From Lenisia limosa (lineage: Eukaryota; Protista; Breviatea), in the NCBI GenBank assembly GCA_001655205.1, contig LPNZ01011587.1, positions 1 to 41,685 on the forward strand: a DNA stretch of 41,685 nt. Direction: 5' to 3'. A program made the position numbers and the translations under genes. Numbering within the stretch: the first letter of the stretch is position 1; each line of letters starts with the position of its first letter. The notes under the pieces were generated by a model. That model searched no databases. It worked only from the letters and a program-made list of their open reading frames with translations, and was not told the origin of the DNA. Shown here piece by piece: positions 36,901 to 41,685 of this stretch.

Positions 36901-39900
36901 AAGTAATACATACTAAATCAGAAACATCGTTTTCCCAATCTAATGCTAAAATATTTCCCAGTTGGTGTAGTGAGCAGTGATGACTTTCCTGTTGAATCCA
37001 AAAACGATTATGAATCCTTGAGTCACTTCAATAATATATCCGATCATTTTCCCCTTGTAGTGTGTCATTTCGGACAGTTGGCTCACTATTGATAAATTTG
37101 CCTTTTGCATGCCTTTTTTGGACTCTTAGTAATCCAATATTTGTGACCATTCAGGTGAACTGGATCGCAGTCGACGAGTGGCTAAAGATGCATCGAGTAT
37201 GAGCAAAAATGAGACGGAGAAGCTAAGGGTAAGTACTGCAAAATATGAAGATATTTGGATGATTGTAAGCGTATTTCATGACACAATGGAGTTTACGATT
37301 CAATCTGCCTCCTTTCAAAGTTCAAATTAACATGTTTCTGCGCTAATATTTCCAGTCTTCCCTTGAGATGAAGGACCAAGAAATCGACCGACTTTCCTCG
37401 GAGCTGCAAGCGTCAAGAAAAGCGTATTCAGAAGCTCAAGATAATGCTGCTGCAACACTGAGGTTGGACAGTTAACTTCCATTTTGCTTAATAAAAAAAC
37501 CCAACATAATCTCTTACTGGGGCTTGCTCAGTGTAAGTAATATGAAAGGGATTTATAGATCCCAAGCAAGGGAAGGAACAAACACAAACAATATTCACAC
37601 GTCTCACTCACCAAGGAACACGCGAGTTGAGCTAATGAACGAACGTCAAGCCGAATCCCAAGCCAACCATCGGAGGGTCTCGGAACTCGAGGAGGAAAGT
37701 GCTGCCACCCGGAAGGCCCACCACATCGTTGTTATGGACCTTGATAGAGCCCAGGTACTATGGGGTTGTGTATTTCACAGTTTCGCCTTTTACCGAAAGA
37801 AAATGCAGGAGGAACACTCTGAATATTTCTTATAGCTCTTACCCAATAACCCCCTCCCCTCCCACACACACAGATCGAGTCAGACGTTCTCAAAAGGGAG
37901 GTGGAGTCCCTTAGAAGTCAGGTGGCCGGCGTAGCCTCCGAGAAACAGCGGCTCATTGCCGAGGATAGAAGATTGATTGTTGGGGGGGTTGCTGACTTGT
38001 ACACACTCTCAAGGAAGATACATTCTCATATTATAAAGATACTAGCTTTGTTCATCACCATATTAGGAAGACGATCGCCACCGTAAGGAGCTGGCAGATG
38101 CGGAAATTAAAACAATCCGAGACCATGCCGATAGAATCAAAAGAGATGTGAGTTGAGTTTGTATTCATAGCTTATTACAAAGTAATGAAAACAAGATCAG
38201 GGATTTGTTTGTTTTGAATCATCGTCGATCCTCTAATGACAATTAGGCTGAAGACAAGGTTCAGGATTTGTTGCGAAAGAACAAGGATATTGAGTCTGAT
38301 AAACGTACTGCTTTGGACAACAACCAACAGCTTGAAACAGAGGTATGTGAAGAGCATCACATGCAAAGGATCATAATCATTTGTTTACACCATAATCGCC
38401 TTGTCGTTTTTCTTACTCTAGCCCACAGGCATTAATACTACATTCTGGATTCATTTGAACGGAAATGAGTAATATAGTCTGTGCCTAACTTGTCACAGAT
38501 TCGACATGTTCGTTCCAAACTTGACGAGGCTGATCTGGAGATCTCAAGGCTCAACAAAAGAGTGAGGAGAGGGTGACGCACCCATTTCACATAGTGTTCT
38601 AACCCTCAATCCTCGTCATAGATAGCACATATCATCTCTGTAGCTAACATTGGAAAGTAGTCGTAGAATGTATTTAGTCTTTTTTATATATACTTAATCT
38701 GGATCGGCTTCTTCCCATTTACCCTGCCAGGCTGAAGAATGGGAAGTCCATGCGTCGGAAGTGGCTAATGCTGTGCGGCAAATCGAAGACGACGTCATGA
38801 GGTTGGGGGTGCCCCCACTACTATTTTGAGACCAGCTCTGTGTCGGAATAGTGCGTAACATATGCAATTTCCTTACCAAGGCGTATATGTCACTTTTTAC
38901 TGACATTGTTTTCTTCTTTTTTTTTGTCTCATTCCGACTTTGAAGATCTCGAGACGCTAACAGCGAGATTGAGAAAAACCTCACGGAAGAAAAGGCGAAA
39001 AACGAAAGTCTGTGGAAATACCTTGGTCTAATTTATAACAGCATGTCTGTCGTAGTTATTAATAGATTTCGTTAAAGTGTTGCTAATTTTGGTAACACGT
39101 GATGTATCTCGTCTTATGTCTTCGATTTATCCTTTTCAGAGCTCAGTCAGCTTCTTTTGGAGGCCGAATCTGAGCTGAGGGCTAAAACACAGGATGCTTC
39201 GGTTGGGGGGGGGGGGGCAAAAATNNNNNNNNNNNNNNNNNNNNNNNNNNNNNNNNNNNNNNNNNNNNNNNNNNNNNNNNNNNNNNNNNNNNNNNNNNNN
39301 NNNNNNNNNNNNAATGAACGTTATACTCTGCGCATAGTCCAACTGTTTTCACTTTGCTCCAATTGACCCCCTACCCCATAGACCCTTGTCTCCGATCGGG
39401 ATAAAATGACGGCCAACTTCACGCAGGCACAAGACAAAATTTCGGAAGTGGGAGGGGTAAACAATAGTTTTAATAATTGGATTTGTTGCCTGATCCAGCT
39501 CAACTTACAACAGATTATACATATATATATATCTATGCAGTGACTAGGATAAGCCTTAACCGATTTTTCTGGAAAATCACATAGCAAATCGGTCAAAACT
39601 TATCCGGNNNNNNNNNNNNNNNNNNNNNNNNNNNNNNNNNNNNNNNNNNNNNNNNNNNNNNNNNNNNNNNNNNNNNNNNNNNNNNNNNNNNNNNNNNNNN
39701 NNNNNNNNNNNNNNNNNNNNNNNNNNNNNNNNNNNNNNNNNNNNNNNNNNNNNNNNNNNNNNNNNNNNNNNNGTTCTTAGTTCTTAACACACACAGTTCA
39801 AATTGTTACATTTGGCTAAATAGGCGTTGTTTCCTGTGGTAGAGCCCACTTGCAATCTTAGTATTAATGTCATTATTAGTTTACTGCAAACCTACTCCCT

Positions 39901-41685
39901 TATCCCTCTAGCTGAAGTGGCGAGAGTGGAGCTTTCGGAGGTTATGGTGCAGCTGAAGGTTATGGAAGGAGAGGTGGGCATATGTTCAATTCTTCCCTCA
40001 AAAAATGATTGATTTTTTCAAAAATAAAAACAAGCTGTATTCTGATATTCTATTAGGTCTCAGAAGTTATGAAAGTGGCGGAGGACAGCCAGGCTATTGA
40101 GAAGAAATACAACGACGTAAACAATGAACCGAATGCTATTATAGTCAAATATATTGGATCTGAGTGCCACTTTAAGTGATATTCAACAAGCCAAATATAA
40201 TGTGTTCATGTAGTACCGTATTTAAAGCAAATTAAAGTCACTTAATTGACCCATTAGCTGGATGCGAAATGGCGCATTCTGAAGAGGGAGCACGATGAGA
40301 GTCTGAATGCTGCTCTCGACGCCAAGGAAGCGGCCGAGGCTGCAATGAAGGCCAAAAACAAAGCCCTTGAAAAGGTTGGTGTCAAGGTATCTGAACAAGG
40401 TATAATATATTATTTTTTTTGGGACGGTGACATCCACTTAAATAAATAATTTGCCACATCATCACACTTTTTGAGTCCAACTCCTCCCTCTTGTTGTTTA
40501 CTGAGCCAGCTCCATTCTTTGCCTTCTTGTTAGTCACGCCTTAGTTGAGTAAACTAGAAGACGCGCAAGAGGACGAACAAGATCGACGCAGTGCGGCTGA
40601 AAAGTCCCTCAAGGCTATCCAAACAGTTATTGATGAGACTGAAAAAGAGCGAGACTTATTGAGTGCCGAGCGGGATGACTTGAAGGAGCGGCTGGACGAG
40701 AGTGAAGGTTTGAGTGCTGATACTTCATGAAGGTATGGCATTACTTTACAATACCTGCTTGATGTGTAAACTAGAACCAATTTTTAATGACCATTAATAC
40801 TCAAACCAAAGCTTCTCTCATCAATACTAGCTCGAATCGCGACCTTGGAAGATGACTTAGATCTTGCAGCACTGCAGAGGGAGGAAGTTTGCCTACAGGT
40901 ACGCTACCCTTATCCTAATCGTATCGTTTCTCATTGACCACACTTACATTGCCTCATTGAGATGATTTCTGCTGTTTTTTGTTGCATAAATCTCCATTTG
41001 ACTGGGATGCGGTGCTGCAGAAGCGACTGGCNNNNNNNNNNNNNNNNNNNNNNNNNNNNNNNNNNNNNNNNNNNNNNNNNNNNNTTCATATATTTTCCAA
41101 TTTACCCCCCCCCCCACCCAGGTGGACGCTATTCAGTCAGGAGTTGAGCATATGAGAGACCAGTTCCAGTCCTCGGAAGCCGAACTCGAAAATGAGGTAT
41201 TTATTATAAAGGCTTCACTTCGGTTCGAAAAAAGACTGAGTTTCGATAAATCCTCGAAAACTATCATATTTTACCGGTCTTTTCGAAGTGAAGCTCTATT
41301 TATTATACTCGACATTATTGTACTATTAGATGATATCATCAGTAGCATTCCTATGAGTTTCTATTCTAAACCCCCCCACCCCTAGAACCAGCACCTCCGG
41401 GCTTTGCTTGTCGACATTGAAACTGCCAGTGCTGATGGCAAAAACGTGGTATGCTGGGGCATTATTACTATTATTATTATTACTGCAGAAGAGCTCTCAT
41501 TAAACATAATAATACAGATATAAACACTACAGGGCAGAGCTTGTTAAAGAGTACTGAAAGATTCGCATCAACTCGTTTGCATAACACTATATTGATATGT
41601 GCTACCAGATTGAATCTGCGCGTATGGCGAAGGTTCGACTCAATCGTCGAGCGGCCCATTTGGCTGACCATGTGCATCAAGACGT
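33956..41685 (+). CDS. Long multi-exon coiled-coil protein of unknown family, continuing beyond the window end
   Basis: ATG at 33956 (MNGTHSQNGQ) and a Pro/Ser-rich N-terminus (APPPPASQQ). Many short E/K/R/A/L-rich heptad-like exons follow: ERLQQHVTHLEAALRKL, AEIETLKNKISSRD, RDSAERDLQAQIAQLE, RRVSELEEES, KAAEAAM-like EAAEAAMKAKNKALEK, ERDDLKERLDESE, RIATLEDDL. Splice sites are canonical and no globular motif was recognised. Confidence 0.75.
41208..41298. mobile_element. hAT-type mini-MITE (family A), copy 4, next to a 5' splice site
   Basis: aaaggcttcacttcggttcgaaaaaagactg ... gtctttttcgaagtgaagctcta. Perfect 8-bp TSD tttattat at 41200-41207 and 41299-41306. Confidence 0.9.

Noticed and set aside
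40545-40730. Apparent premature stop (TGA 40728-40730) in the coiled-coil gene
   Set aside because: A phase-1 donor (gaa g|gtttga) upstream of the stop joins the next exon (ARIATLEDDL) in frame.

Overview
Eukaryotic genomic DNA from a very intron-dense, AT-rich genome: short GT-AG introns, exons often 30-150 nt, and about a dozen N gaps. Opisthokont-like, possibly a unicellular holozoan or early-diverging fungus (inference only). The ORF track is largely uninformative, so I spliced five multi-exon genes by hand. (1) DNA ligase IV on the minus strand, at least 23 exons, running off the window start. (2) A very long Ser/Pro/Gln-rich plus-strand gene, head-to-head with LIG4, carrying a WH2-WH2-C-A actin/Arp2/3 nucleation-promoting module that appears to be internal and is followed by more polyproline. 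(3) A small secreted minus-strand protein with 6-residue beta repeats resembling phage tail fibres. (4) A minus-strand class III nucleotide cyclase with two TM blocks and two cyclase domains, both lacking key catalytic residues (predicted pseudo-cyclase). (5) A long plus-strand coiled-coil protein running off the window end. Introns and spacers carry four MITE-like families, one with clear 8-bp target-site duplications, and a 32-bp tandem repeat that quadruplicates a LIG4 splice acceptor. No rRNA, tRNA, CRISPR array or autonomous transposase was seen. All gene models are manual and lack transcript support.
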